Part shown: in pieces, positions 16,907 through 27,472 of the stretch
How the letters are laid out: the number at the start of each line of letters is the position of its first letter
How positions within the stretch are numbered: the stretch's first letter is position 1
IMG/VR virus record: IMGVR_UViG_3300034418_007243
Span: 1 to 64,000 of that record
Source of the DNA: a virus
DNA: 64,000 nt
Direction: 5' to 3' (one strand)
Made by a program: the position numbers and the translations under genes
The notes under the pieces: generated by a model
The model's input: only the letters and a program-made list of their open reading frames with translations
Told to the model about the DNA's origin: nothing
Database searches by the model: none

Positions 16907-19674
16907 TGAAAATATATAACGCTCTTGATTTAAAGAAAGGAAAAAAAGCTGAAACTAAAAGGTTGTGGGCAGTGTCACAACCTTTACAGTTTATTCCTAA
17001 AAAAGAAAAAGACACAGACTGGTGTGCATGGAACATGGACTGGTTAGAGTGGAATGGTATTAAACAGATTAGAAGAAATGCTAGAAGACTCATGAAAAAC
17101 TATAAGTTAGCAAAAGGTCTTATAGATAAAACAGATTATATTGTAGAAGAAGATAATGAAATGCTAGAGATTGTTGATCAATTAGCTATTGATGATGAAG
17201 CTCCAGCATTAGATTTAAAGTTCTATCCAATTATACCTAATGTAATAAATACATTAGTTGCTGAATTTGCAAAAAGAAATAGTAGAGTATCTTTTAGAGC
17301 TGTTGATGAGTTTACTCATAATGAAATAATGGAAGCTAAAAGAGCAGAAATAGAAAGTGCTCTAGTAAAACAAGCTGAGCTAAAGTTATTAAGCAAAATG
17401 ATAGAGCAAGGAATGGATCCTCAAGATCCTGAAGTTGCTAAAATGATGCAAGAACAACTTAGTTTAGATAATATAAAAACACTACCTGAGATTAATGAAT
17501 TCTTTTCTAAAGACTATGAAGTTATAGCTGAAAAATGGGCTTCTAAACAGATGATCATTGATGAGCAAAGATTTAGAATGGATGAGTTAGAAGAAATGGC
17601 TTTTAGAGATTCTCTTATTACTGATAGAGAATTTTGGCATTTTAAGATGTTAGAAGATGATTACATACCTGAAGTTTGGAATCCAGTACTAACATTCTAT
17701 AATAAATCACCTAACTGCAGATATATATCTGATGGTAATTGGGTTGGAAAACTTGATATGATGACTGTCCCTGATGTAATAGATCATTATGGATGGTTAA
17801 TGAATGAAGAACAGTTAGCTTCATTACAACAATATTATCCTATTAGTGCTGCGGGTTATCCTATTACAGGTTATCAAAATGATGGTACATATTATGATGC
17901 TACTAAATCTTATGATTGGAATGTAGGCTCTCCATCACTAAATTATAGACAATTAACGTCTATGAGAGATAACTTTATTAATAATGGTTCTGATATAGTA
18001 AGTTGGGTTCTTGGAGAGAGTGAAGATTATGGAACTGAGTGGGTTACCAACATGATGCGTGTAACCACAGCTTATTGGAAATCACAACGTAAAGTAGGAC
18101 ACCTTACTAAAATAGATGAGACAGGTGCTGTAACTACAGATATTGTAAGTGAGGAATATACTATAACAGACAAACCCATCTATAATAATGAACTTATAAA
18201 GAATAAAAATACTTCTACGCTTGTTTTTGGTGAGCATATAGAGTGGATTTGGATAAATCAAGTTTGGGGCGGTGTAAAAATAGGCCCTAATGCACCTACA
18301 TTTTTAGGAGCAGAAACAAACGGAATAAATCCTATATACTTAGGTATTAATCAAAATCATATAGCGCCATTAAAATATCAATTTAAAGGAGAAAATACTT
18401 TATATGGTTGTAAGCTTCCTGTAGAAGGTAAGATTTTTTCAGACAGAAATACTAGGTCTACATCATTAGTGGATATGATGAAGCCTTTTCAGATTGGTTA
18501 TAACATTGTAAATAATCAGATAGCAGATATACTTGTTGATGAAATAGGTACAGTAGTTATGATAGATCAAAATACTTTACCAAAACATTCTTTAGGAGAA
18601 GATTGGGGTAAAGGTAATTTAGCTAAAGCATACGTAGCTATGAAAGACTTTAGTATGCTTCCGCTAGATACGTCTATTACTAATACAGAAAATGCACTAA
18701 ATTTCCAGCATTTTCAACAACTTGATTTATCTCAGACAGGTAGATTAATGTCTAGAATTCAGTTAGCTCAATTTTTTAAACAACAAGCTTTTGAAGTTGT
18801 AGGTGTTAATCCACAAAGACTTGGACAACAAATAGGTCAAACAGAAACTGCTACTGGTATTGAACAAGCTGTATCTGGATCTTATGCGCAAACAGAAATG
18901 TATTTTATAGAGCATTCAGACTATTTAATGCCTAGAGTTCATGAAATGCGTACAGATTTAGCTCAATTTTATCATTCAACAAAACCTTCTGTTAGATTAC
19001 AGCACATGACTAGCAATGATGAAAGAGTAAATTTTGAAATTAATGGTACAGATCTTTTACTAAGAGATATAAATGTTTATTGCTCAACAAAAGCTAATCA
19101 TAGAAAAATACTTGAGCAAATGAAACAATTAGCTGCTAGCAATAATACTACAGGAGCTAGTATATATGATTTAGGAGAAATAATTCAGTCTGACTCAATG
19201 GCTACCTTAACTACAGCTTTAAAACGTATTGAAGATAAAGGTATGCAAAAAGCTCAAGAGCAAAGACAGCATGAACAACAAATGATGGAAATGCAAGCTC
19301 AACAAGCTGAAAAACAAAAAGCTATGGAGCTTGACTTTAAAGAAAGAGAAGCTGAAAAAGAACGCAGAAAAGATATTCTTGTTGCTGAAATTAGAGCTTC
19401 TGGTTATGGAGCAATGCAAGATTTAAATCAAAATCAACAATCTGATTTTATAGATAATATTGAAAAGCTTAAAAAGACTGAGCAATATCAAGAAACTATA
19501 AACTTGCAAAGAGAAAAAGCAAGTGATAGACGCAATGAGCAATATGAAAAACTCAACCTCAAAAGAGAAGAACTTGCTTTAAAAAGAGATATGAAAAATA
19601 AAGATCTTGAGATTGCTAGGGAAAATAAAAATCAGTATGATATCCCAAAAAAGAAGAAAAATAAAGAAGACTAA
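16906..19674 (+). CDS. Portal protein
   Basis: 922 aa after terL; YPIIPNVIN.L, S.VD.MKPFQI.YN, G...QR.G, C-terminal coiled-coil barrel. Confidence 0.88.
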   Translation: MKIYNALDLKKGKKAETKRLWAVSQPLQFIPKKEKDTDWCAWNMDWLEWNGIKQIRRNARRLMKNYKLAKGLIDKTDYIVEEDNEMLEIVDQLAIDDEAPALDLKFYPIIPNVINTLVAEFAKRNSRVSFRAVDEFTHNEIMEAKRAEIESALVKQAELKLLSKMIEQGMDPQDPEVAKMMQEQLSLDNIKTLPEINEFFSKDYEVIAEKWASKQMIIDEQRFRMDELEEMAFRDSLITDREFWHFKMLEDDYIPEVWNPVLTFYNKSPNCRYISDGNWVGKLDMMTVPDVIDHYGWLMNEEQLASLQQYYPISAAGYPITGYQNDGTYYDATKSYDWNVGSPSLNYRQLTSMRDNFINNGSDIVSWVLGESEDYGTEWVTNMMRVTTAYWKSQRKVGHLTKIDETGAVTTDIVSEEYTITDKPIYNNELIKNKNTSTLVFGEHIEWIWINQVWGGVKIGPNAPTFLGAETNGINPIYLGINQNHIAPLKYQFKGENTLYGCKLPVEGKIFSDRNTRSTSLVDMMKPFQIGYNIVNNQIADILVDEIGTVVMIDQNTLPKHSLGEDWGKGNLAKAYVAMKDFSMLPLDTSITNTENALNFQHFQQLDLSQTGRLMSRIQLAQFFKQQAFEVVGVNPQRLGQQIGQTETATGIEQAVSGSYAQTEMYFIEHSDYLMPRVHEMRTDLAQFYHSTKPSVRLQHMTSNDERVNFEINGTDLLLRDINVYCSTKANHRKILEQMKQLAASNNTTGASIYDLGEIIQSDSMATLTTALKRIEDKGMQKAQEQRQHEQQMMEMQAQQAEKQKAMELDFKEREAEKERRKDILVAEIRASGYGAMQDLNQNQQSDFIDNIEKLKKTEQYQETINLQREKASDRRNEQYEKLNLKREELALKRDMKNKDLEIARENKNQYDIPKKKKNKED

Positions 19675-19819
19675 AAATATTGTAGCTATATAGTGGCAAA
19701 ATATTTTTTTTTACGTGAAGTTTTTTAAAACTTATTATATTTATTTTTCTTAGAATTGTGTATATTATTTATAGACAATATATATGTCAGTTATATAAAA
19801 CCAACAAAAATTTTTGATT

Positions 19820-21067
19820 ATGAGTGAAACACAAGAAACAACTAGTGTAAGTAAAGTAGACATTGACCTGGATGATATCTTAGGTACAGGTAATGATTCT
19901 ATTATGCTAGCTGATGAAAACACACAAGTAAAAGAAAAAACAGAGGATAAGAAAACACTTTTTGCTCCTATAGAGCAAGACATGTCTTTTTTAAACCTTG
20001 ACAAAGAAGAAGTTGTAAAAGAATCTGAAGATATTTCTAAACAAGAGGCTTATACTCAAGAAGAAATTGATACTACTCTAAAACAACCAGAAGAAATTGA
20101 AGTAGAAGAACCTGTAAATAAAGGTGGTAGACCAACAGCTATGGTATCTGCTACTAAAAATTTAATTGATAAAGGTTTGCTGCTTCCTTTTGATGATGAC
20201 AAAAAAATTGAAGAGTACACTACTGAAGATTTTGAAGAGCTTATTGCAGCTAACTTAGAACAAGTACAGAATAATCTTCAAACCGTAATGCCTCAAGAAT
20301 TTTTTGGTAATATGCCTGAAGAAATGCAACAGGCTTATCAATATATTGCCAATGGTGGTACAGATCTTAAAGCTTTATTTGGTGCGTTAGCTTCTTCTAA
20401 TGAAATGAAAGAACTTGATGTATCTAAAGAAGAACATCAAAAATATGCTATTAGAGCTTATTTATCTGCTACTAACTATGGTACTCCTGAAGAAATTGAA
20501 GATGAGATATATTCATTAGAAGATAGAGGAGAACTAGAAAAGAAAGCAAGACAGTTTAAGCCTAAGTTAGATGCTATGCAACAGCAGATTGTTAATCAAA
20601 AGCTAGCAGAACAAGAAAGACAAGCTGCTCTTAGAGCAGAACAGTCTCAAAAATATATAGAAAGTGTTTATCATGCATTAGAACCAGGAACATTAGGAGA
20701 TCTTAAAATAGATAACAGAGTTCAAAACATGTTGTATTCTGGATTAGTTCAATCTAATTATCCTTCTATTAATGGTAAGCAAACAAATTTACTTGGTCAT
20801 TTATTAGAAAAATACCAATGGGTAGAGCCTAATCACGGTCTTATAGCTGAAGCTTTGTGGCTTTTAGCAGATCCTCAAGGTTATAAATCTCAAGTAAAAG
20901 GTGTTGGTTCACAAGAAGAACAAGCTAAAGTTGTAAGAAGTTTGAAAACAGAGCAGTCAACAAGAACTACTACAAATCAAACAACTTCTGCGCAACCTGA
21001 TGCTAAAAGAACACCGCCAAAAAGAAATACAATTAACAGACCAAAAAGAAACTTTTTTGGCAGGTAA
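19820..21067 (+). CDS. Acidic scaffold-like protein between portal and major capsid
   Basis: Acidic N-terminus, helical, conserved crAss-like position; ATG at 19820. Confidence 0.7.
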   Translation: MSETQETTSVSKVDIDLDDILGTGNDSIMLADENTQVKEKTEDKKTLFAPIEQDMSFLNLDKEEVVKESEDISKQEAYTQEEIDTTLKQPEEIEVEEPVNKGGRPTAMVSATKNLIDKGLLLPFDDDKKIEEYTTEDFEELIAANLEQVQNNLQTVMPQEFFGNMPEEMQQAYQYIANGGTDLKALFGALASSNEMKELDVSKEEHQKYAIRAYLSATNYGTPEEIEDEIYSLEDRGELEKKARQFKPKLDAMQQQIVNQKLAEQERQAALRAEQSQKYIESVYHALEPGTLGDLKIDNRVQNMLYSGLVQSNYPSINGKQTNLLGHLLEKYQWVEPNHGLIAEALWLLADPQGYKSQVKGVGSQEEQAKVVRSLKTEQSTRTTTNQTTSAQPDAKRTPPKRNTINRPKRNFFGR

Positions 21068-21112
21068 TTAAAGATTAAACAATAATTAGTAATTTTTTTA
21101 AAAACTCAACAA

Positions 21113-22744
21113 ATGGCAACACCAAGTTTTAACAATGGACTCTTTTTAAGGGATACTTCTTATCAAGCAAGTTCACATGTAGACAGTTACCACTTAGCTA
21201 ACATGTTGAGAGATGCAGAACCTACTGATATGGGGCCAGTTGATATCTGGGCAATGACTCAAAAAGTAGAAATGCCTCTTTATCAAATGTCTAGCTTTGG
21301 TGGGAAAAATGTAATTGAAGTTGACAACATTCGTGGTGAATGGAAATGGCAAACACCTATTTCTCAAGATCTACCTTATGTTGTTGATGACGTTGAACCT
21401 CTTAATGAAAACAAAGGGGTGGATGGGCAACTATTCAAGATTAAGTTAAACACTAGAGAATTTGGTCATGGTGATATCATCACTTATGATAAATACAATG
21501 GTGTGGAACTTTTAATCTCTTCAGAAGAAGATATTCTTCCTCTAGGAGACGGTTTCTTGTATACTGTTCAGGTTGTAAACAATGACAATTACAAGTATCT
21601 AGAAAATCAATTCTTAACTCCAGGAACTAAATATTTCCGTAAAGGTTCTGCAAGAGGTGAGTATGGTGAAAGATTCTCTGACATCCAAACTAAATCTGGT
21701 TTTAGAGAATTCTATAACTATGTGGGTGGAGCTGAAGCTCACGTACACTACTCTATCTCTTCAAGAGCAGATATGGCTATCAAAGGTGGTCTTAATGCTG
21801 ATGGTACAGTTCCTGTAACAGAAATTTGGAGAAACTTTGATAAAAGCGTTGATCCTTCTATTTCTACTATTGAAGATCTAGTAAGCAAAATGGGTAAAGA
21901 CTATGTAAAAAGAGCTGTTGCAAACGGTGATCTTTCTAGATCTTTCCTTACTTCTTTAGAAGCTGCTCACTTAACTAAAATTGCTACGGATATTGAAACT
22001 TACCTAATGTGGGGACACGGTGGTAGAATTAAGCAAGATGGTCCAGATGATGTTAGATTGTCTGTGGGTCTTTGGAAGCAGCTTGATAACTCTTTCAAAA
22101 GAGTATATAACAAGTCTAGCTTTGATCTTGAATTATTCCGTGCAGAACTTTATAACTTCTATGCAGGTAAAGTTGACTTTACTGGTCCAGATCCAAAAAG
22201 AACAATTATTGTTCAAACAGGTATGGGAGGTATGAGAATGGTTAATGAAGCTATTGCAAGAGAAGCTGGTTCTACTTCGCTATTTACAATTGAAGGTTCT
22301 GAAAAATATGGAGTAGGAGCTGTAACTAGAAAAGGTATGAATCTAGGCTTTGGATTTGCATTCACTAGTTATGTGATTCCATTCCTTGCAAATGTTCAAT
22401 TTGTAATTAACCCTGCATTTGATAACGTTCATACTAATGACATTGAGAATCCAATTATTGATGGGCATCCTCTAAGTTCTTATAGCTTTATTATTTTTGA
22501 TGTTACTGATAACACAAATGATAATATTTACCTATTAAAACTTTCTTGGGATAACCAATTGAAATGGTGGTATCAAAATGGAACAATGGATTATATGGGT
22601 AGAACTCAAGGATTCCAATCTTCAGGCCAGTTTAATGGATATAGAGTTTATATGACTCAATGTATGCCAGCAATCTGGGTAAAAGATCCTACCAAGGTTC
22701 TTAAGATTGTGATGAGAAACCCAATTACAGGAGGGTCCTTCTAA
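21113..22744 (+). CDS. Major capsid protein
   Basis: 543 aa, crAss-like position, E..LMWG.GG, G.W.QL, TG.GG motifs; strong downstream terminator. Confidence 0.85.
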   Translation: MATPSFNNGLFLRDTSYQASSHVDSYHLANMLRDAEPTDMGPVDIWAMTQKVEMPLYQMSSFGGKNVIEVDNIRGEWKWQTPISQDLPYVVDDVEPLNENKGVDGQLFKIKLNTREFGHGDIITYDKYNGVELLISSEEDILPLGDGFLYTVQVVNNDNYKYLENQFLTPGTKYFRKGSARGEYGERFSDIQTKSGFREFYNYVGGAEAHVHYSISSRADMAIKGGLNADGTVPVTEIWRNFDKSVDPSISTIEDLVSKMGKDYVKRAVANGDLSRSFLTSLEAAHLTKIATDIETYLMWGHGGRIKQDGPDDVRLSVGLWKQLDNSFKRVYNKSSFDLELFRAELYNFYAGKVDFTGPDPKRTIIVQTGMGGMRMVNEAIAREAGSTSLFTIEGSEKYGVGAVTRKGMNLGFGFAFTSYVIPFLANVQFVINPAFDNVHTNDIENPIIDGHPLSSYSFIIFDVTDNTNDNIYLLKLSWDNQLKWWYQNGTMDYMGRTQGFQSSGQFNGYRVYMTQCMPAIWVKDPTKVLKIVMRNPITGGSF

Positions 22745-22760
22745 CACGTACTCATACTAT

Positions 22761-22792
22761 AAAGGGAGGGTTTAAAAGCCTTCCCTTTTTTT
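22761..22792 (+). terminator. Intrinsic terminator after the major capsid gene
   Basis: AAGGGAGGG-tttaaaag-CCTTCCCTT followed by a T-run. Confidence 0.8.
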
Positions 22793-22828
22793 AGTCAGAA
22801 TAATAAACCAACTTAAAACAATTTTAAA

Positions 22829-23962
22829 ATGCCAAGACGTAAAAAAACAGAAAACGTTGCTGGAGAAACAGTTAAAGTAACTGGATTACCTGAAGCATCA
22901 ACTGTCACAGTAGAAATTCCTGAAACATTGGATGTCCTAGAACCAATTGAAAAAAAGAAAGTGACTATAAAAGATATCTTATCTAAAGTAGGAAAAATAC
23001 AAATTAAACCTTACATAGATCCTAATTCAGAAAATATGGGTCTTGAAGATTATAGAATGGTTGTTTTTCCTGGAGTTACTCATGAAGAGCAGTTAGCTGC
23101 TATAGAAAGAAATGGAGTTGTTAGATATATTACAGGTCTTGATGAATTTGCAACAGAAGTACAGAATATTCCTGATACTTCACAAAAAAAAGCAATCATT
23201 AAGAATATTAGAATTGTTGTAGCTGATTTAGAACAAAGATTAGCTACTAATGTGCTTAATATTGATGACGCAGACTTTTGGAACAAGGTAACTTTACTTA
23301 GACCAGAAAACATTAAATTTTGGGAAAAAATAACTATGAAAGTTGGTAATGAACCCGTTCATCTCAGTCCTTTAAAAGATCCGTATGATCTTATTAAATT
23401 AATGGCAATTGAAGCTGGAGGGTTTGATCTTATTGCAAAAAGCTATGAAGATGCTCAAGCAAAAGCAAAACCACCAAAATTTTATTTAGATAAAGAAACA
23501 CAAACAGTATCTACTAAAACTATTTACAAAAAATTACGTAACAGAGCTATTAGACATCTTGATGAGCTTTATAGTAAGAATCCTAAAAAACTTCTTTATG
23601 TTACTAAAGTAGTAGATGCAAACAGTTCTACATATAAAACACATACGCCAATTGATATTTTATATGAGGCGTGTGATGAGTATATTGCAGGTAATAGTGG
23701 AGAAAAACCTAAAGTATCTGCTCAAAGATTTATAGATACTTGCTCTTTAGATATGGAAACCGTAAAACTAAAAGCTTTAGTTAAAGATGCTTCATTCTTT
23801 AGAATGATTAGTTTAAAACCAGACGGTATGTTATATCATACTAAATCATCAGCTTTATTAGGAAGAAATGTAGCTGACGTAGTTGAGTTTTTAAAGAATC
23901 CTTTGAATGAAGATTTATTAGTAAAACTTTTAGGTGAAGTTGAATCACTTTGGAATTCTTAA
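22829..23962 (+). CDS. Conserved crAss-like protein following the major capsid gene
   Basis: Synteny; C-terminal LG......V.FLKNP.N pattern. Confidence 0.7.
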   Translation: MPRRKKTENVAGETVKVTGLPEASTVTVEIPETLDVLEPIEKKKVTIKDILSKVGKIQIKPYIDPNSENMGLEDYRMVVFPGVTHEEQLAAIERNGVVRYITGLDEFATEVQNIPDTSQKKAIIKNIRIVVADLEQRLATNVLNIDDADFWNKVTLLRPENIKFWEKITMKVGNEPVHLSPLKDPYDLIKLMAIEAGGFDLIAKSYEDAQAKAKPPKFYLDKETQTVSTKTIYKKLRNRAIRHLDELYSKNPKKLLYVTKVVDANSSTYKTHTPIDILYEACDEYIAGNSGEKPKVSAQRFIDTCSLDMETVKLKALVKDASFFRMISLKPDGMLYHTKSSALLGRNVADVVEFLKNPLNEDLLVKLLGEVESLWNS

Positions 23963-23968
23963 TGATAA

Positions 23969-24673
23969 ATGGATAACGCTACTATTCAAATAAAAATACA
24001 GCAAAGGCTAAATAAATTAGCTAGTCAAGATTATGATAATATTGAATGTTGGCAAATAGTTGAAGCATTTAATAAAGGTCAAGTAACTTGGTCTAGAAGA
24101 CAACTGCATGGAATAAACACTAAACAAGAAGGTGATGAACAGTCTAAAAGAAGGATTGATGACATGCAAGTCTTACTTACAGAACTGACTGTTAATTTTA
24201 ATAACAAAGATTTGTTTGTAGAAGTTCCCGCTTTGCCTGATAATTATTTTGAATGGAAAAGAATTACCGTAGATGCTACAGATGAATGTTGTGATGAACC
24301 AAGAAAAATGGTTGTTTATCTAGCAGAACAAGGTAACGTAGATGAATTACTAAGGGATAAAAATAAACAACCTAGTTTTTTATGGGCTGAAACTTTCTGC
24401 ACTCTTCAAAATAATACAATAAGGGTTTATACAAATAATGAATTTTCTGTTGAAACAGGAAAACTTTATTACTATAGACAACCTAGAAGAATACAGATTT
24501 TAGGATGTTCTGATCCTTATACTCAATTAGTATCAACAGCAAATGTAGAATGTGAATTTAAAGATGATATTATTGAGTTGCTTATTGATGAAGCTGTTAA
24601 AATTTTAGCTGGAGATATTGAATCATTTAATATACAACAGATTGCTACGCAAGAAGTTGAAGGTAATAATTAA
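23969..24673 (+). CDS. Putative head-tail ring or adaptor protein
   Basis: FN..Q, E....R.DD...L, YYR.P, CE.......L.DEAV pattern. Confidence 0.6.
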   Translation: MDNATIQIKIQQRLNKLASQDYDNIECWQIVEAFNKGQVTWSRRQLHGINTKQEGDEQSKRRIDDMQVLLTELTVNFNNKDLFVEVPALPDNYFEWKRITVDATDECCDEPRKMVVYLAEQGNVDELLRDKNKQPSFLWAETFCTLQNNTIRVYTNNEFSVETGKLYYYRQPRRIQILGCSDPYTQLVSTANVECEFKDDIIELLIDEAVKILAGDIESFNIQQIATQEVEGNN

Positions 24674-24675
24674 TT

Positions 24676-25137
24676 ATGAAACAAAGAATGCTTAAAACAG
24701 GAGCTGTATCTGTATCACAACCATCTATCTTTAGACAACCTAGTCAACAAATGGTTTCTTTAGATGATAAGTTAGCAGATTGTATTTCAGATATGTTAGA
24801 TGCTGCACCTGCTTTTCATAGGTTACATTTAAAAGTTACTGGACCTGGTTCTTTTGCACAACATAAAGCTTTAAATGAGTTATATGATGCATTGCCTGGA
24901 TTAGTAGACACAGTTGCTGAGAGTTATCAAGGAGCTGCAGAAACTATTTTAAATTATCCACTATCTCAAAGTTTAAACTTTCAGACTGTGGAAGAAGCTA
25001 TAAGTTATATACGTATGAAGTATGATTATCTTACTGAAATACAAAATGTTATGCCTTATAGTGAAATTGTCAATGACATAGATATGATAAAAACGTTATT
25101 TAATGCAACTAAGTATAAGTTGCTATTCTTAAAATAA
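24676..25137 (+). CDS. Dps/ferritin-like protein
   Basis: H.LH......S.A.H.AL.ELYD......D..AE.YQG and terminal YKL..L. Confidence 0.75.
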   Translation: MKQRMLKTGAVSVSQPSIFRQPSQQMVSLDDKLADCISDMLDAAPAFHRLHLKVTGPGSFAQHKALNELYDALPGLVDTVAESYQGAAETILNYPLSQSLNFQTVEEAISYIRMKYDYLTEIQNVMPYSEIVNDIDMIKTLFNATKYKLLFLK

Positions 25138-25221
25138 GTTATGTTATCTGTTGTTGTCTCTGATAATTTTTGTATATTATAGTATATTTATTTATTTGTT
25201 TATTTATAAAATTTTTAGAAA

Positions 25222-26634
25222 ATGGCTTATTTTAATCACGCTTTTCGCAAATCTTATATTTGTACTGGTACAAATATATCAGGTTCAAATACTCCAGAAG
25301 AACCTAATACTACAGGAGGACTTATTGTTACAGCTGGGGTAAATACTTATCAACTTTCAGAACCTGGATCAACACTTGCTAAACCTGGTATTTTAGGTAT
25401 TTTTGATGCTGATACGTATCTTTCATACAGTGCTGTTGATCAAATGAATTGTTGCAAAATTATTATTGCAGGGTCTTCTCTTAAAACAAAAGACATGCAA
25501 GCAATGCATGGAGGTTACTTAGAAAGTAGTAAATCAAAAGTTATCAATCCAAAATATGTTTCTAAGTTTTGGAATGTTACTGCTCAACCTGGTTTTCAAT
25601 CTCAAACTTTAATTGGTGCAGCTCCTGTAGACTCTCCAAATGATACAGCAGATTGTCAAAAAGATTTTCTTTGTAATGAAACTTATTATTTGAGACTTGA
25701 TATTAAAGGAACAGCTCCTTTAAGATTTGCTCACCATAATATTTATCATACAGTAGATGCTTATACAGGTTGTTGTGATGATCCTGCAACACCTACTAAT
25801 GTAGATGCAGGTATTGTTTATGCAAAATGGGGACAAGCTATTGCTGATAGCCCATATCTTAAAGACTTTGTAATGCCTATTCTACTTATTACAGTAGGTG
25901 GTGTATCACAAGCATTTTATGCAACTGCTGAACAAGCAACTGCTGATGGTTTACCTGGTTCTCTTTTAATTTCTGATTATCTTGCAAGCCCAACAACTTG
26001 GCCTTCAGATGGTGGTAACCAAGCAGGTCTTCTTCTTAAAGGTGCTTACGAAGATACTAAGTTTGGAGATTGTACTTTCCAACCTTCTGATTTCTATGGT
26101 AAAAACCCACTACAAATTTTTGCTTCTGAAGTAGATCTTAATGGTGATCCATGTGAATTTGAAGGAACTTGTGTAACTAGATATTGTCAAGGTAAAATGG
26201 CAGATACTTTAGGAGAAACTGTTCTTAGAGAAATTATTATTTCTGAATCTTACTTGCAAAACTTCTTATCTACTGATTTAAGAATCAGAGAGATTACGCA
26301 AGGAACAGGTATGATTGATATTGTAGATAGAAATAGACTTTATCATAAAGCATATTTATTACACTCAGTACCAAGATTTAATAATCCAAGCGGAACATTT
26401 GACAATGATCAATATCTTGTTGAAGTTGCATTCCCAAGTTCTTATGTAAACGGTGAACTTATTATTGATCTTATAGGAGACAATGGAAATAAAGCATACG
26501 ATGCTTTCCTTCTTCAAATTCAAGGCTGGTTAAATAATTGCGGTAATAATTGTGCTACAATTACAGTTGAGAACGGAGAAGCTGAATGTGAAGATCTTGA
26601 TTATACTGATTCATCTTATCCACAAATACTATAA
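25222..26634 (+). CDS. Abundant structural protein (auxiliary capsid-like)
   Basis: Own promoter motif and terminator; lies in the structural block; HSVPRFNNP motif. Confidence 0.6.
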   Translation: MAYFNHAFRKSYICTGTNISGSNTPEEPNTTGGLIVTAGVNTYQLSEPGSTLAKPGILGIFDADTYLSYSAVDQMNCCKIIIAGSSLKTKDMQAMHGGYLESSKSKVINPKYVSKFWNVTAQPGFQSQTLIGAAPVDSPNDTADCQKDFLCNETYYLRLDIKGTAPLRFAHHNIYHTVDAYTGCCDDPATPTNVDAGIVYAKWGQAIADSPYLKDFVMPILLITVGGVSQAFYATAEQATADGLPGSLLISDYLASPTTWPSDGGNQAGLLLKGAYEDTKFGDCTFQPSDFYGKNPLQIFASEVDLNGDPCEFEGTCVTRYCQGKMADTLGETVLREIIISESYLQNFLSTDLRIREITQGTGMIDIVDRNRLYHKAYLLHSVPRFNNPSGTFDNDQYLVEVAFPSSYVNGELIIDLIGDNGNKAYDAFLLQIQGWLNNCGNNCATITVENGEAECEDLDYTDSSYPQIL

Positions 26635-26667
26635 TAGTTTTAGCATATAATTTGTATTTAGATTAAT

Positions 26668-26698
26668 GGGAGTGGAGTTTATACTCCCTCCCTTTTTT
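26668..26698 (+). terminator. Intrinsic terminator
   Basis: GGGAGTGGAGT-ttat-ACTCCCTCCC then T6. Confidence 0.75.
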
Positions 26699-26711
26699 AA
26701 TTTTAATTAAC

Positions 26712-27266
26712 ATGGCACAACACAAATTAAGCGTAGAAGCTCCTGATACTTTAAATACTTTTATCTTACGTCTAGTAGATACAAGTGTTTATGATCCTAA
26801 TATGGCTGTAGATTGTCCAATATTGGAAATAACTTTGCCAGGATTTACTCATCCTGTACAGTTTACTACACCTGATATTACAACAGGATTTATTAAAAAC
26901 TTTACTGCTTGTGATTTAGAGATTCAAACAGCTAATTGCGCTACACAATATAATGACATACCTGATGGTATATACGTTATAAAATATAGTGTTAGTCCAA
27001 ATGATGTGGTATACGTAGAGTATAACCATTTAAGGATTACCAAAGCTCTTGTAAGATATCAAGAAATTCTTTGTGATATTGATGTAGCAGCTTGTGATCC
27101 TACAGATGAAATAAGAAAAAAATTAGATTCATTAGCTTTAATCAAATCTTATTTGGAAGCGGCAAAAGCTAAAGTAGAAACTTGCCATGAACCTCAAAAA
27201 GGCATGGAACTGTTTAGTTATGCAAAAAAACTTTTAGATAAATTTGAATGTAAAAGCTGTCATTAA
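26712..27266 (+). CDS. Putative tail hub or structural protein
   Basis: D.S.Y, LEITLPGF, IPDGIY.IKYSV, helical C-terminus. Confidence 0.6.
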   Translation: MAQHKLSVEAPDTLNTFILRLVDTSVYDPNMAVDCPILEITLPGFTHPVQFTTPDITTGFIKNFTACDLEIQTANCATQYNDIPDGIYVIKYSVSPNDVVYVEYNHLRITKALVRYQEILCDIDVAACDPTDEIRKKLDSLALIKSYLEAAKAKVETCHEPQKGMELFSYAKKLLDKFECKSCH

Positions 27267-27278
27267 AAACCAACAAAT

Positions 27279-27467
27279 ATGGCTGTATGTAATAATTGCG
27301 GAAAAAAATTAGGATGCGGATGTCAAAAAAGAACAAGTCCTAAAGGAACATCTTGTTGTGCAAGTTGTGTAACAAGTGTTATTCAAAAAGAATCTGTTAC
27401 TATAACTAAAACAACAGATACACCAGCTGTAAGTGACATTAAAGTCACTACATATATTAAAAAATAA
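27279..27467 (+). CDS. Small metallothionein-like Cys-rich protein
   Basis: C..C....GCGC.........CC..C within the first 30 aa. Confidence 0.65.
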   Translation: MAVCNNCGKKLGCGCQKRTSPKGTSCCASCVTSVIQKESVTITKTTDTPAVSDIKVTTYIKK

Positions 27468-27472
27468 TGTAA

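Noticed and set aside
14705-22744. Introns or inteins in terL, portal or MCP
   Set aside because: ORFs are continuous and of expected size, with no evident intein or homing-endonuclease insert
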